In this document: positions 1 to 9,194 of the stretch, piece by piece | How the letters are laid out: each line of letters starts with the position of its first letter | How positions within the stretch are numbered: the first letter of the stretch is position 1 | Source of the DNA: Candidatus Alistipes intestinipullorum | GTDB lineage: Bacteria > Bacteroidota > Bacteroidia > Bacteroidales > Rikenellaceae | Assembly: GCA_019113885.1 (NCBI GenBank) | Contig: DXGO01000029.1 | Coordinates: 29,375 to 93,374, forward strand | DNA length: 64,000 nucleotides | Direction: 5' to 3' | The notes under the pieces: model-generated | The model's input: only the letters and a program-made list of their open reading frames with translations | The model's database searches: none | Told to the model about the DNA's origin: nothing | Program-made: the position numbers and the translations under genes

Positions 1-2
1 TC

Positions 3-554
3 GATTTCGCGGGCGTGTCGCTTGTGGGGATTCTCAATGCCGACAACCTCACGAACGGGCCCGATTTCCGCTCGTCGGAGCGGGCCTTCCAGCTGATGAT
101 GCAGGTGGCCGGACGTGCCGGACGCCGCAACGACGGGGGCGAGGTGGTGATCCAGACCTCCGATCCGGGGAACCCCCTGATCCGTCAGGTCGTCGAGGGC
201 GACTACGAGGCGATGGCCCGTACGCAGCTGGCCGACCGCAAGGCGTTTTTCTATCCTCCCTATGCGCGGTTGACGTCGATGACACTGCGCCACCGCGATC
301 CCGTGGTGCTGCGTGAGGGTACCATGGCTCTGGCCGAGCGGCTGCGCGTGCGCTTCGGGCGCCGGGTGCTGGGCCCCATGGCGCCGCCCGTCGACCGTAT
401 CCGGGGCGAATACCTCCTGGGGTTGCTGTTGAAGGTCGAGAGCGGAGCCTCCTCGGGAAAGGCCCGGGAACTGCTGCGGGCCGAACTGAAGGCGTTTGCT
501 GAAACCCCGTCGTTCAAAACCATTACCGTCGTCGTCGATGTCGATCCTCAGTGA
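3..554 (+). CDS. priA: Primosomal protein N' (PriA), C-terminal part; gene begins before the window
   Basis: DFAGVSLVGILNAD..DFRSSERAFQLMMQVAGRAGR helicase motif VI, YPPY motif, terminal VDVDPQ typical of PriA. Confidence 0.95.
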   Translation, partial: DFAGVSLVGILNADNLTNGPDFRSSERAFQLMMQVAGRAGRRNDGGEVVIQTSDPGNPLIRQVVEGDYEAMARTQLADRKAFFYPPYARLTSMTLRHRDPVVLREGTMALAERLRVRFGRRVLGPMAPPVDRIRGEYLLGLLLKVESGASSGKARELLRAELKAFAETPSFKTITVVVDVDPQ

Positions 555-1260
555 CCTGTTTCGCGACATGGTGTCGCTGCTCTACCCGCGCCGCTGTGCC
601 GTGTGCGGCGAACCGTTGGCTGCCGGCGAGCGGACGCTCTGCACGTTGTGCCGCACGACGGCGCCCCTGACCGGTTACTGGCGCGATGCCGACAACCCCG
701 TAGCCCGCAAGTGCTGGGGCGTGGTGCCCGTCGAGCAGGCCTCGGGCTTTCTCTTCTTCGTGCCGTCCAGCGGCTGGCGGCAGCTGATCCACGGATTCAA
801 GTATCGCGGGGCGTGGCGCACGGCCCGGGAGATGGGCGAGTGGTACGGGCGCTGCCTGGCGGAGAGTGGCCTTTACGGCGATGTGGAGGTCGTCGTACCG
901 TTGCCGCTGCACTCGTTCAAACGCTGCCGCAGGGGATACAACCAGTCGGAATACATCGCCGAGGGAATCGCGGTGCAGCTGGGCGTCGGGGTCGACCGGA
1001 GAAGTGTCGTCCGTACACGCTATACCGAGAGTCAGGCCCGGAAACCGCACCGGGAACGGGCGCAGAATGTCGAAGGGGCCTTCGCCGTGCGGCATGCGGA
1101 GCGGCTGGCCGGGCGTCACATCCTGTTGGTCGACGACGTGATGACCACGGGTTCGACGCTGTTGTCATGTGCCGGGGAGATTCTGCGTGCGGTGCCCGAC
1201 TGCCGGATCAGCCTTGCGGCGCTGGCCGTCTCGCAGCGCGAGCTGGGGGTGAAGGCGTGA
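538..1260 (+). CDS. comF: ComF family amidophosphoribosyltransferase-like protein
   Basis: N-terminal CxxC..CxxC zinc ribbon, RGYNQS, LLVDDVMTTGST PRPP-binding motif; ATG at 538 overlaps the priA end. Confidence 0.9.
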   Translation: MSILSDLFRDMVSLLYPRRCAVCGEPLAAGERTLCTLCRTTAPLTGYWRDADNPVARKCWGVVPVEQASGFLFFVPSSGWRQLIHGFKYRGAWRTAREMGEWYGRCLAESGLYGDVEVVVPLPLHSFKRCRRGYNQSEYIAEGIAVQLGVGVDRRSVVRTRYTESQARKPHRERAQNVEGAFAVRHAERLAGRHILLVDDVMTTGSTLLSCAGEILRAVPDCRISLAALAVSQRELGVKA

Positions 1261-1285
1261 TCCTTCCGGCTGTGCGGGCCTATCG

Positions 1286-1789
1286 TTATTCATCCAGCGG
1301 GCGGACCACTCCTTTGGCAGAACCTTCTGGACTGCCAAAAGAATTGAAGAACTCCAAATAAACTTGGTCGCTATCGTGATAGAGCGTTATTTGGCAGGTG
1401 CGATTGTGTATTTTTCTCCATTCCAGCATTCCTTGGATTTCGAACTGTACGTTCCCATTGCGTTTCGTGCGGATCTTTTTGAAGCTGGCGTTCTTGTCCG
1501 AGGCTTGGTAGCGGTCCATTCTCCCTTCCGTGTCGCGCGGGCGGAAAAAGTCGGGAGCAAAGCAGAACTCGGCGAACGACCCCTGCATGCGGATATAGCT
1601 CTGGTGGGCATCGGCCTTTTTCCCTTTCTTGCCGTACACTTCGTCGATGTCAATGACGAACCGCTGCGCCTCGAGCGCGGCGAGAGCAGTTTCGTGGGCC
1701 CGGTTGTCCGAGGCGGCGCGCCGCTGGGCGGCGCATCCCGACAGCAGCGCGGCCAGCGGGAGCAGGAGAAGGATACGGAATCGGTTCAT
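1286..1789 (-). CDS. Lipoprotein, DUF4251-like
   Basis: C-terminal 167 aa of ORF 1286..3046; ATG at 1789, lipobox LLSGC, then the ALEAQRFVIDID pattern of DUF4251. Confidence 0.7.
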   Translation of the reverse strand: MNRFRILLLLPLAALLSGCAAQRRAASDNRAHETALAALEAQRFVIDIDEVYGKKGKKADAHQSYIRMQGSFAEFCFAPDFFRPRDTEGRMDRYQASDKNASFKKIRTKRNGNVQFEIQGMLEWRKIHNRTCQITLYHDSDQVYLEFFNSFGSPEGSAKGVVRPLDE

Positions 1790-2009
1790 AGGCGGGTGAG
1801 TTTTATACCGATCCCCAAAATACGAAAAAAATCGGGGGGGCAAAATTTTCCGGGCGTTTTTTCGGATTCGGACGAATCCGGGACCTGTATTTTCCGGCGC
1901 GGGATGATGGCGGAGCGAGTGAAACGCCTCCGTGAATCCCCTGCGGCTTGTGGGGCGGTTATCAACATTGCGGGTGTCGGGCTGTCGAAAAAAACTCTGC
2001 CCGGGAGGT

Positions 2010-2040
2010 TTTGATATGTCGGCCCGAATCGCTACTTTTG
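2010..2040 (+). promoter_or_regulatory. Bacteroidota sigma-70 promoter of dnaB
   Basis: TTTG (2010-2013), 19 nt spacer, TACTTTTG (2033-2040); matches TTTG-N19-21-TAnnTTTG. Confidence 0.75.
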
Positions 2041-2065
2041 ACCTCTGAAAGTTACCGTTTTTTAC

Positions 2066-3628
2066 ATGGCGAAGAATTTTACCCCCTCCTCCCGCAACCG
2101 GGAGGCTTTCGAAGCGATGACCGACAGCGTCGGGAACATCCCTCCCCAGGCCGTCGAGCTCGAGGAGGCGGTCCTCGGCGCCCTGATGCTCGAGAAGGAC
2201 AGCATCATCTCCGTGCAGGAGTTCGTCACCCCCGAGGCCTTCTATACCGAGGAGCACCGGCTGATCTACAAGGCGATCGAGGAGTTGTCGATGGAGCTCA
2301 AACCCATCGACCTCTATACGGTGACCGAACGGCTGAAGGTCAAGAAGGAGCTGAAGAAGGTGGGCGGGGCATCGTACCTGGCGCAGCTGACCCAGAAGGT
2401 CGGCTCGGCGGCCAATGTGGAGTTCCACGCCAAGATCATTGCCCAGAAGTACGTACAGCGGGAGCTGATCCGCTCGGCGACGGAGATACAGCGGCGTTCG
2501 TACGACGAGTCGACCGACGTTACGGAGTTGATCGGATTTGCCGAAGGGGAGATTTTCAAGGTCGCCGAGGGGCATGTCAAGCGCTCGGTGCAGAATTCGA
2601 AGGAGTTGTTGTCGCGGGCCCTGCAGCAGATCGAGGAGGCGTCGAAAAATACCAGTTCGTACAGCGGCGTGCCTTCGGGTTTCAAGTCGATCGACCGCGT
2701 GACGCTGGGGTGGCAGCTTTCGGACCTGATTATCGTCGCGGCGCGCCCCTCGATGGGTAAGACGGCCTTTGTGCTGTCGATGGCCCGCAACATGGCCGTC
2801 GACTATGAACAGGGCGTGGCGTTCTTCTCGCTCGAAATGTCGGCCGTGCAGCTGATGATGCGTCTGATCATCGCCGAGACGGGGCTCGCGGGCAACGACG
2901 TGAAGTCGGGACGCCTGACGCCCGAGCAGTGGCGGCACCTCGAGTCGGCGACCAAGCCGCTGGGCGCCGCACCGCTCTTCATCGACGACACGCCGGCGCT
3001 GTCGGTCTTCGAGTTCCGCTCGAAGGCGCGGCGGCTGAAGATTCACAACGACATCAAGATCATCATCATCGACTACCTCCAGCTGATGACCGGGAACCAG
3101 GATACGAAGGGTAACCGTGAACAGGAGGTGGCCTTCATTTCACGTACGCTGAAGGCGATTGCCAAGGAGTTGAACGTTCCGGTAATCGCGCTGTCGCAGC
3201 TGAGCCGTGCCACGGAGATGCGCGGAGGTTCGAAACGCCCGCAGCTGTCGGACCTCCGCGAGTCGGGGGCCATCGAGCAGGATGCCGACATCGTGGCCTT
3301 CATCCACCGTCCCGAGTACTACGGGATCAACCAGGACGAGAACGGCATGCCCACGGCGGGTATGGCGGAGATCATCATCGCCAAGCACCGCAACGGTGCG
3401 GTGTGCGACGTGAAGCTGCGGTTCCTGAACGAACAGGCGCGCTTCGTCGACATGGACGATTCGATGCTGCCGCCGGGAGATGCCGCGCAGGCGCAGGAAG
3501 CGTACGACGACTATGTGAGCGGTTCGAACGGCCCGGTGGCTCCGGCGGCCGGCGGATTGGGCTCGGCCCTGGGCGGGGAGTTCGATGTGAACCGTTCGAC
3601 GCATCTGGATGAGGATGCGCCGTTCTGA
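2066..3628 (+). CDS. dnaB: Replicative DNA helicase DnaB
   Basis: PPQAVELEEAVLG N-terminus, Walker A AARPSMGKT, IIIDYLQL, SDLRESGAIEQDAD, AKHRNG. Confidence 0.98.
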   Translation: MAKNFTPSSRNREAFEAMTDSVGNIPPQAVELEEAVLGALMLEKDSIISVQEFVTPEAFYTEEHRLIYKAIEELSMELKPIDLYTVTERLKVKKELKKVGGASYLAQLTQKVGSAANVEFHAKIIAQKYVQRELIRSATEIQRRSYDESTDVTELIGFAEGEIFKVAEGHVKRSVQNSKELLSRALQQIEEASKNTSSYSGVPSGFKSIDRVTLGWQLSDLIIVAARPSMGKTAFVLSMARNMAVDYEQGVAFFSLEMSAVQLMMRLIIAETGLAGNDVKSGRLTPEQWRHLESATKPLGAAPLFIDDTPALSVFEFRSKARRLKIHNDIKIIIIDYLQLMTGNQDTKGNREQEVAFISRTLKAIAKELNVPVIALSQLSRATEMRGGSKRPQLSDLRESGAIEQDADIVAFIHRPEYYGINQDENGMPTAGMAEIIIAKHRNGAVCDVKLRFLNEQARFVDMDDSMLPPGDAAQAQEAYDDYVSGSNGPVAPAAGGLGSALGGEFDVNRSTHLDEDAPF

Positions 3629-3667
3629 TCGGCTGGATTTTAAGAAATAACAGGCGCAATAAGAACC

Positions 3668-5206
3668 ATGTTTGTCCGGACCCATGCTGGCGCACTTGTC
3701 GGAATCGACGCCGTGACGGTGACCGTCGAGGTCAACATCACGGGCGGCGGGCTGGGGTTGTTCCTCGTGGGGCTTCCCGACAATGCCGTGAAGGAGAGCG
3801 AGCAGCGCATCCGCGCGGCCTTCGAGAATTCGGGCGAGCGGATGTCGGGCAAGAAGGTGGTCGTGAGCCTCGCCCCGGCGGACCTGCGCAAGGAGGGGTC
3901 GGGATTCGACCTGCCGATCGCCGTGGGCATCCTCGCGGCCATGGGGCGCGTGAATGCCGATGCCGTCGGCGGCACGCTGTTTGTCGGGGAGTTGTCGCTC
4001 GACGGGTCGCTCAAGCCTGTGCGGGGTGTCCTGCCCATTGCCCTTGGGGCGCGCAGCGAAGGTTTGCGGCTGGTGCTTCCGGCTGGGAACGCCCCGGAGG
4101 CCGCCGTGGTCGACGGGCTGGAGGTGGTCGGTGTCACGACCCTCCGGGAGGTGATCGCGCTGCTCAACGGCGAGACGGAGATCGCGCCGACGCCGGCTCC
4201 GGCGTCGGAACCGTTCGAACGCTCGGCAGGCCGTTATGCCGAGGATTTTGCCGACGTCAAGGGCCAGGCCCACGTGAAACGGGCCTTGGAAATTGCCGCG
4301 GCGGGTGGGCACAACGTCATCATGATCGGCGCACCGGGTTCGGGCAAGACGATGCTTGCGCGGCGCCTGCCGACGATCCTCCCGCCGTTGACGCGCGAGG
4401 AGGCGCTCGAAACCACGAAGATACACTCTGTGGCGGGGAAAATCGGCTGTGCCGGCGGGTTGATGACCCACCGGCCGTTCCGCGCGCCGCACCACCTCAC
4501 GTCGCAGGTGGCGCTGATCGGCGGCGGACAGTCGCCCCATCCGGGCGAGGTGTCGCTGGCCCACAACGGCGTGCTGTTCCTCGACGAGTTGCCCGAATTC
4601 GGCCGCAATGTGCTGGAGGTCCTGCGGCAGCCGCTCGAAGAGAAGCGGGTCGTGGTGTCACGGGCCCGGTACAGCGTGGCCTATCCGGCGAATTTCACAC
4701 TCGTGGCGGCGATGAATCCCTGCCCGTGCGGGTATTACAACCATCCGACGCGGGAGTGCACCTGCTCGCCCGGGAGTGTCCACCGCTACATGAGCCGCAT
4801 TTCGGGCCCGTTGCTGGACCGTATCGACCTGCACATCGAGGTGACGCCCGTGCCGCCCCAGGAGCTGTCGCGGGCGGCCGCCGGGGAGTCGAGTGCCGCG
4901 ATCCGCGAACGGGTGATTCGTGCGCGGGAGATTCAGGAGGAACGCTTCCGCGAGGCGGCGGGCATCCATACCAACGCCATGATGAACAGTGCGCTGCTGC
5001 GGGAATGCTGCCGGCTCGATGCTGCATCGTCGGCGCTGCTGGAACGGGCCATGGAGCGGCTGTCGCTCTCGGCGCGGGCCTACGACCGCATCCTGAAGGT
5101 GGCGCGTACGATCGCCGACCTGGCGGGCCGTGAGCGGATCGCCGCATCGGATATTGCCGAGGCGATCAACTACCGGTCGTTGGATCGCGGTACGTGGGGG
5201 CGTTGA
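3668..5206 (+). CDS. YifB/ComM family Mg-chelatase-like AAA+ ATPase
   Basis: VGLPDNAVKES, GAPGSGKT, PFRAPHH, SLAHNGVLFLDE, AAMNPCPCG, LSARAYDRILKVARTIADL. Confidence 0.95.
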   Translation: MFVRTHAGALVGIDAVTVTVEVNITGGGLGLFLVGLPDNAVKESEQRIRAAFENSGERMSGKKVVVSLAPADLRKEGSGFDLPIAVGILAAMGRVNADAVGGTLFVGELSLDGSLKPVRGVLPIALGARSEGLRLVLPAGNAPEAAVVDGLEVVGVTTLREVIALLNGETEIAPTPAPASEPFERSAGRYAEDFADVKGQAHVKRALEIAAAGGHNVIMIGAPGSGKTMLARRLPTILPPLTREEALETTKIHSVAGKIGCAGGLMTHRPFRAPHHLTSQVALIGGGQSPHPGEVSLAHNGVLFLDELPEFGRNVLEVLRQPLEEKRVVVSRARYSVAYPANFTLVAAMNPCPCGYYNHPTRECTCSPGSVHRYMSRISGPLLDRIDLHIEVTPVPPQELSRAAAGESSAAIRERVIRAREIQEERFREAAGIHTNAMMNSALLRECCRLDAASSALLERAMERLSLSARAYDRILKVARTIADLAGRERIAASDIAEAINYRSLDRGTWGR

Positions 5207-5461
5207 CCGGAGGCCGGAGCGTAGGCCGTGGGGGCTTGATCGTGGAGGACGTTGACCGGGGCTGGGTGTAAACTTGGGGCCTTGGCCGTGAGGGCGCAGA
5301 TCGGGAGCCTTGATCGGGGATCGGGGGGGGACTGGACGAGGCGATCTGAGCTGTCAGCCGTTAGCCGCCTGTCAGTTGCCTGCCAGCCGCGGGCCGGGAC
5401 CCGGACGGATGTTGCCGACGGCCGATTTTGAAGGGTTTGAGAGGAAAAAATAAAAATATAC

Positions 5462-6562
5462 ATGAAAAAGATTATTCTTTCGGGCGGCGGCACGGGGGGC
5501 CATATCTATCCGGCCGTCGCGGTTGCCGAGGCGTTGAAGCGCCGCTTCGGGGAGGAGGTCGAACTGTTGTTCGTCGGCGCCGAGGGCAAGATGGAGATGG
5601 AGAAGGTTCCGGCCCTGGGTTATCGCATCGTGGGGCTCCCGATCGCCGGGCTGCAGCGTCGCATGGACTGGCACAACCTGCTGGTGCCGTTCAAGGTGCT
5701 GAAGAGTCTGCGGCAGGCGCGGCGCGTCATCCGTGAGTTCGGGGCCGATGCCGTGGTGGGCTTCGGCGGATATGCCAGCGCTCCGGTGCTGTGGGCCGCA
5801 CAGCGTATGGGTGTGCCGACCGTCATTCAGGAGCAGAACTCCTATGCGGGCGTTACGAACAAGATTCTGGCGCGCCATGCCGACCGCATCTGCACGGCCT
5901 ACGAGGGGATGGATCGCTTTTTCCCCTCCGACCGGATCACGCTGACGGGCAATCCCCTGCGGGGCCGTTTCTCGAAGGAGGGTGCTGACCGTGCCGAGGC
6001 ACTGAAATATTACGGACTCTCGGCCGATCGCCCGACGATCCTGGTGGTCGGCGGGTCGCTCGGCACGCGCTCGCTGAATGAGATGATGAAGGCGTGGATT
6101 CTCGAAACGGGCGGCAAAGCCCCGGTGCAGGTGATCTGGCAGACGGGTAAGTATTACGAACGCGAGATGAAAGCCTTCCTGGCGGCACACCCCGCCGAGG
6201 GGGTCTGGCAGGGGGCGTTCATAGACCGCATGGACTATGCCTACGCTGCGGCCGACGTGGTCGTTTCGCGCAGCGGCGCCGGAACGGTTTCGGAACTGTG
6301 CCTGGTGGCCAAACCTGTGGTTTTCGTTCCGTCGCCCAATGTGGCCGAAGACCACCAGACGAAGAATGCCCGGGCGCTGGAGTCCAAGGGCGCCGCGGTG
6401 GTGGTTCCCGATGCCGAGTGCCGCACGACGGCCATGCGGCGGGCGTGCGAACTGTTGTCCGATCCCGCCCGGCTGGCGTCGATGAGCCGCGCCCTGGAGG
6501 CGCTGGCGCGTCCCCGTGCGGCGGAGGATATTGTCAATGAGATTGTAAAGGTGATGAAGTGA
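5462..6562 (+). CDS. murG: Undecaprenyl-PP-MurNAc-pentapeptide GlcNAc transferase
   Basis: GGGTGGHIYPA, GFGGYAS, QEQNS, GGSLG, SRSGAGTVSE, DHQTKNA. Confidence 0.98.
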   Translation: MKKIILSGGGTGGHIYPAVAVAEALKRRFGEEVELLFVGAEGKMEMEKVPALGYRIVGLPIAGLQRRMDWHNLLVPFKVLKSLRQARRVIREFGADAVVGFGGYASAPVLWAAQRMGVPTVIQEQNSYAGVTNKILARHADRICTAYEGMDRFFPSDRITLTGNPLRGRFSKEGADRAEALKYYGLSADRPTILVVGGSLGTRSLNEMMKAWILETGGKAPVQVIWQTGKYYEREMKAFLAAHPAEGVWQGAFIDRMDYAYAAADVVVSRSGAGTVSELCLVAKPVVFVPSPNVAEDHQTKNARALESKGAAVVVPDAECRTTAMRRACELLSDPARLASMSRALEALARPRAAEDIVNEIVKVMK

Positions 6563-7947
6563 TGGAGACGAAGAAAAATATCTATTTTCTCGGGATCGGG
6601 GGCATCGGCATGAGCGCCCTGGCCCGTTATTTCCTGCATGAGGGGCACGCTGTGGCGGGCTACGACCGCACGCGTACGCATCTGACCGACGAACTTGCCG
6701 CCGAGGGGGCGTCGATCCACTACGAGGACGACGTGCGCCTCATTCCCGAGGCGTTCCTTGACCCGGCGCGCACGATTGTGGTCTATACGCCGGCCGTGCC
6801 GCAGGAACATGGCGAGTTCTGCTACTTCCGGGCACACGGCTTCACGATCGAGAAGCGTTCGCAGATGCTTGGCCACCTCTCGGAGGGCAAATACGTCATG
6901 GCCGTGGCGGGAACGCACGGCAAAACCACCACGTCGACGCTCGTGGCGTGGCTGAACCGGGCGCTTACGGGCGGCGGCTCGGCCTTTCTGGGCGGAATCT
7001 CGAAAAATTTCGGCGGCAATCTCGTGCTGGGGGGCGGGCGGCGCCTGGCTGTCGAGGCCGACGAGTTCGACCGTTCGTTCCTGCGCCTCTACCCCGACGT
7101 GGCGGTGGTGACCTCGGCTGATCCCGACCACCTCGACATCTACGGTACGCACGAGGCTCTGAAGGAGGCCTTCGCGCAGTTCATCCGCCAGATCCGCCCC
7201 GACGGCTACCTCGTCCTCAAATACGGAGTCGACCTCGTACTCGACAATTCCGAGATTACGGTCTACCGCTACGCCTACAACACGCCGTGCGACTTTTATG
7301 CGCGCAACGTGGAGCTGCTCGGTGGAGGTCACTACCGCTACGACATCGTCACGCCGTCGGGCGTGATCGAGGGGTGTACGCTCGGCATTCCCGGATGGGT
7401 CAACATCGAGAACTCGGTGGCCGCTGTGGCTGCGGTGTGGTGCGCGGCGCAGTTTACGGGCGAGGAGTTGGATCTCGACCGTCTGCGTGAGACGCTGGCC
7501 TCGTTCTCGGGGGTGAAACGCCGTTTCGAGTTCTACGTCAACACGCCGAAGCAGGTCTACATGGACGACTATGCCCACCATCCGCGCGAACTGGCCGCGA
7601 CGCTGACGTCCGTTCGGCAGATGTTCCCGGGGCGGCGGATCACGGCCCTTTTCCAGCCGCACCTCTATACCCGTACGCGCGACCTCCACGCGGAGTTCGC
7701 CGAGGCGTTGTCGCATGCCGACGAGGTGGTGCTGCTGCCCATCTACCCGGCGCGTGAGGAGCCCATCCCTGGCGTAACCTCCGAACTTATCGCCCGGCAG
7801 GTCACCGTGCCGTGTCGGATCGTCGACCGCGGACAGTTGGCTGCGACGGTTGCCGGGATGCCGACCGACGTGGTCATCAGTTTCGGGGCCGGCAATATCG
7901 ACGCCTGCTGCGAGCCGTTGGCCGAGGTGCTGCGGCAGAAAAGTTGA
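6562..7947 (+). CDS. murC: UDP-N-acetylmuramate--L-alanine ligase
   Basis: GIGGIGMS, AGTHGKTTTS, EADEFDRSF, DDYAHHP, FQPHLYTRT. Confidence 0.97.
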   Translation: METKKNIYFLGIGGIGMSALARYFLHEGHAVAGYDRTRTHLTDELAAEGASIHYEDDVRLIPEAFLDPARTIVVYTPAVPQEHGEFCYFRAHGFTIEKRSQMLGHLSEGKYVMAVAGTHGKTTTSTLVAWLNRALTGGGSAFLGGISKNFGGNLVLGGGRRLAVEADEFDRSFLRLYPDVAVVTSADPDHLDIYGTHEALKEAFAQFIRQIRPDGYLVLKYGVDLVLDNSEITVYRYAYNTPCDFYARNVELLGGGHYRYDIVTPSGVIEGCTLGIPGWVNIENSVAAVAAVWCAAQFTGEELDLDRLRETLASFSGVKRRFEFYVNTPKQVYMDDYAHHPRELAATLTSVRQMFPGRRITALFQPHLYTRTRDLHAEFAEALSHADEVVLLPIYPAREEPIPGVTSELIARQVTVPCRIVDRGQLAATVAGMPTDVVISFGAGNIDACCEPLAEVLRQKS

Positions 7948-7983
7948 CCAGTTCCATTCAAAACGGTTTCCCGATAAGTTTTC

Positions 7984-9087
7984 ATGTCGTCCCGAACCAT
8001 CCGTTATGTCGTACTGACCCTGATGTGGGTCGCCGTGGCCGCCTATATCCTGTATGCGGGCATCGCGGCACACCGCGTCCGAAAGGCGAAGCAGGTCGGA
8101 AGGCTCGAGATCGAGGTGGTCGACAGCACGGCCCACGGACATCTCGTGTCGGCCGCGAAGGTGCGTCGGTGGATCACCGCGGGCGGCATCAAGACCGTCG
8201 GTACGGCAGTCGACGAGGTGGACCTCTCGGCCATCGAGCAGTTGATTGCCCGCAACGGATTTGTCGACCGCGTGGCGGCCTACGTCTCCTACGAAGGAAC
8301 GCTGCATGTGGAGATCAGTCAGCGCAAGCCGCTGTTGCGACTGCTTACCGACGGCATGAATGCCTATGTGACCTCCGAAGGATATGTTTTTGCGGCGCCC
8401 CAGGCGTCATCGCTGTACGTGCCGGTGGTGACCGGGTCGTACCGGCCGCCGTTTGCCGATAACCATACGGGACCCGTCCGGGCGTATGTCGACGAGCGTC
8501 TGCGGGAGATCGACGAGCGCATCGCCGCGCTCGAGCGCGAGAAGTACCCGCTCTACAAGGCCGAACTGGAGAATGACCGCAATACGTCGGCCGTGCGGCG
8601 CATGCGTATAAAGCGGAGATGGTGGCGGCTGGAGAGTTCGGAATCGTTTGACAAACGAGTGGAGGAACTGCGTGAGAAAAAGGCGGCGTTGCGCCGTACT
8701 TACCGTTACAAAGGGCTTGTGATTCAGCGGCAGATCGAGCATCTCGGGGCGCAGCAGGAAGCCGAGCGGCGGAAGCAAAAAAAATTGGAGAAAAGCTACG
8801 AAGATTTCATGAAACTCCTTACCTTTGTGGAAACTGTCGAAAACGACGATTTCTGGAGGTCGGAGGTGGTGCAGATTGCCGCATATACGACCTCCAGCGG
8901 AGCATTGGAGGTGGACCTCGTGCCGCGGAGCGGCCGTTTTACCATCCGTTTCGGACGTCTGGAACGGGTGGATGAGAAGTTCGACAAACTGTTGGCATTT
9001 TATCGGCGCGGATTGTCGGCTCTCGGATGGGATACCTATCGGTCGATCGACGTGCGGTTTGCCGATCAGGTGGTCTGCCGCAGGTAA
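7984..9087 (+). CDS. ftsQ: Cell division protein FtsQ/DivIB-like with a coiled-coil insertion
   Basis: Lies between murC and ftsA; N-terminal TM, POTRA-like region, QRKPLLR, C-terminal YRSIDVRFADQVVC as in Bacteroidota FtsQ. Confidence 0.8.
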   Translation: MSSRTIRYVVLTLMWVAVAAYILYAGIAAHRVRKAKQVGRLEIEVVDSTAHGHLVSAAKVRRWITAGGIKTVGTAVDEVDLSAIEQLIARNGFVDRVAAYVSYEGTLHVEISQRKPLLRLLTDGMNAYVTSEGYVFAAPQASSLYVPVVTGSYRPPFADNHTGPVRAYVDERLREIDERIAALEREKYPLYKAELENDRNTSAVRRMRIKRRWWRLESSESFDKRVEELREKKAALRRTYRYKGLVIQRQIEHLGAQQEAERRKQKKLEKSYEDFMKLLTFVETVENDDFWRSEVVQIAAYTTSSGALEVDLVPRSGRFTIRFGRLERVDEKFDKLLAFYRRGLSALGWDTYRSIDVRFADQVVCRR

Positions 9088-9194
9088 GACGGCCCGGGCC
9101 GTATGCCGGGTGTTTCCGTGCGAAGTTTGTTTTCGGTTGGGATTTTGGAGTATAGAAACAACGTGGTCTGCAAGAAATATAAAGAATTGTAACT

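Noticed and set aside
1790-3046. N-terminal 420 aa of the 586-aa ORF 1286..3046
   Set aside because: Antisense to dnaB; only the part from ATG 1789, with its lipoprotein signal, looks real
8777-8784. A8 tract in ftsQ (also the C9 at 14102-14110)
   Set aside because: Lys codons in a probably essential gene, and a tract in a terminator region; phase variation is unlikely
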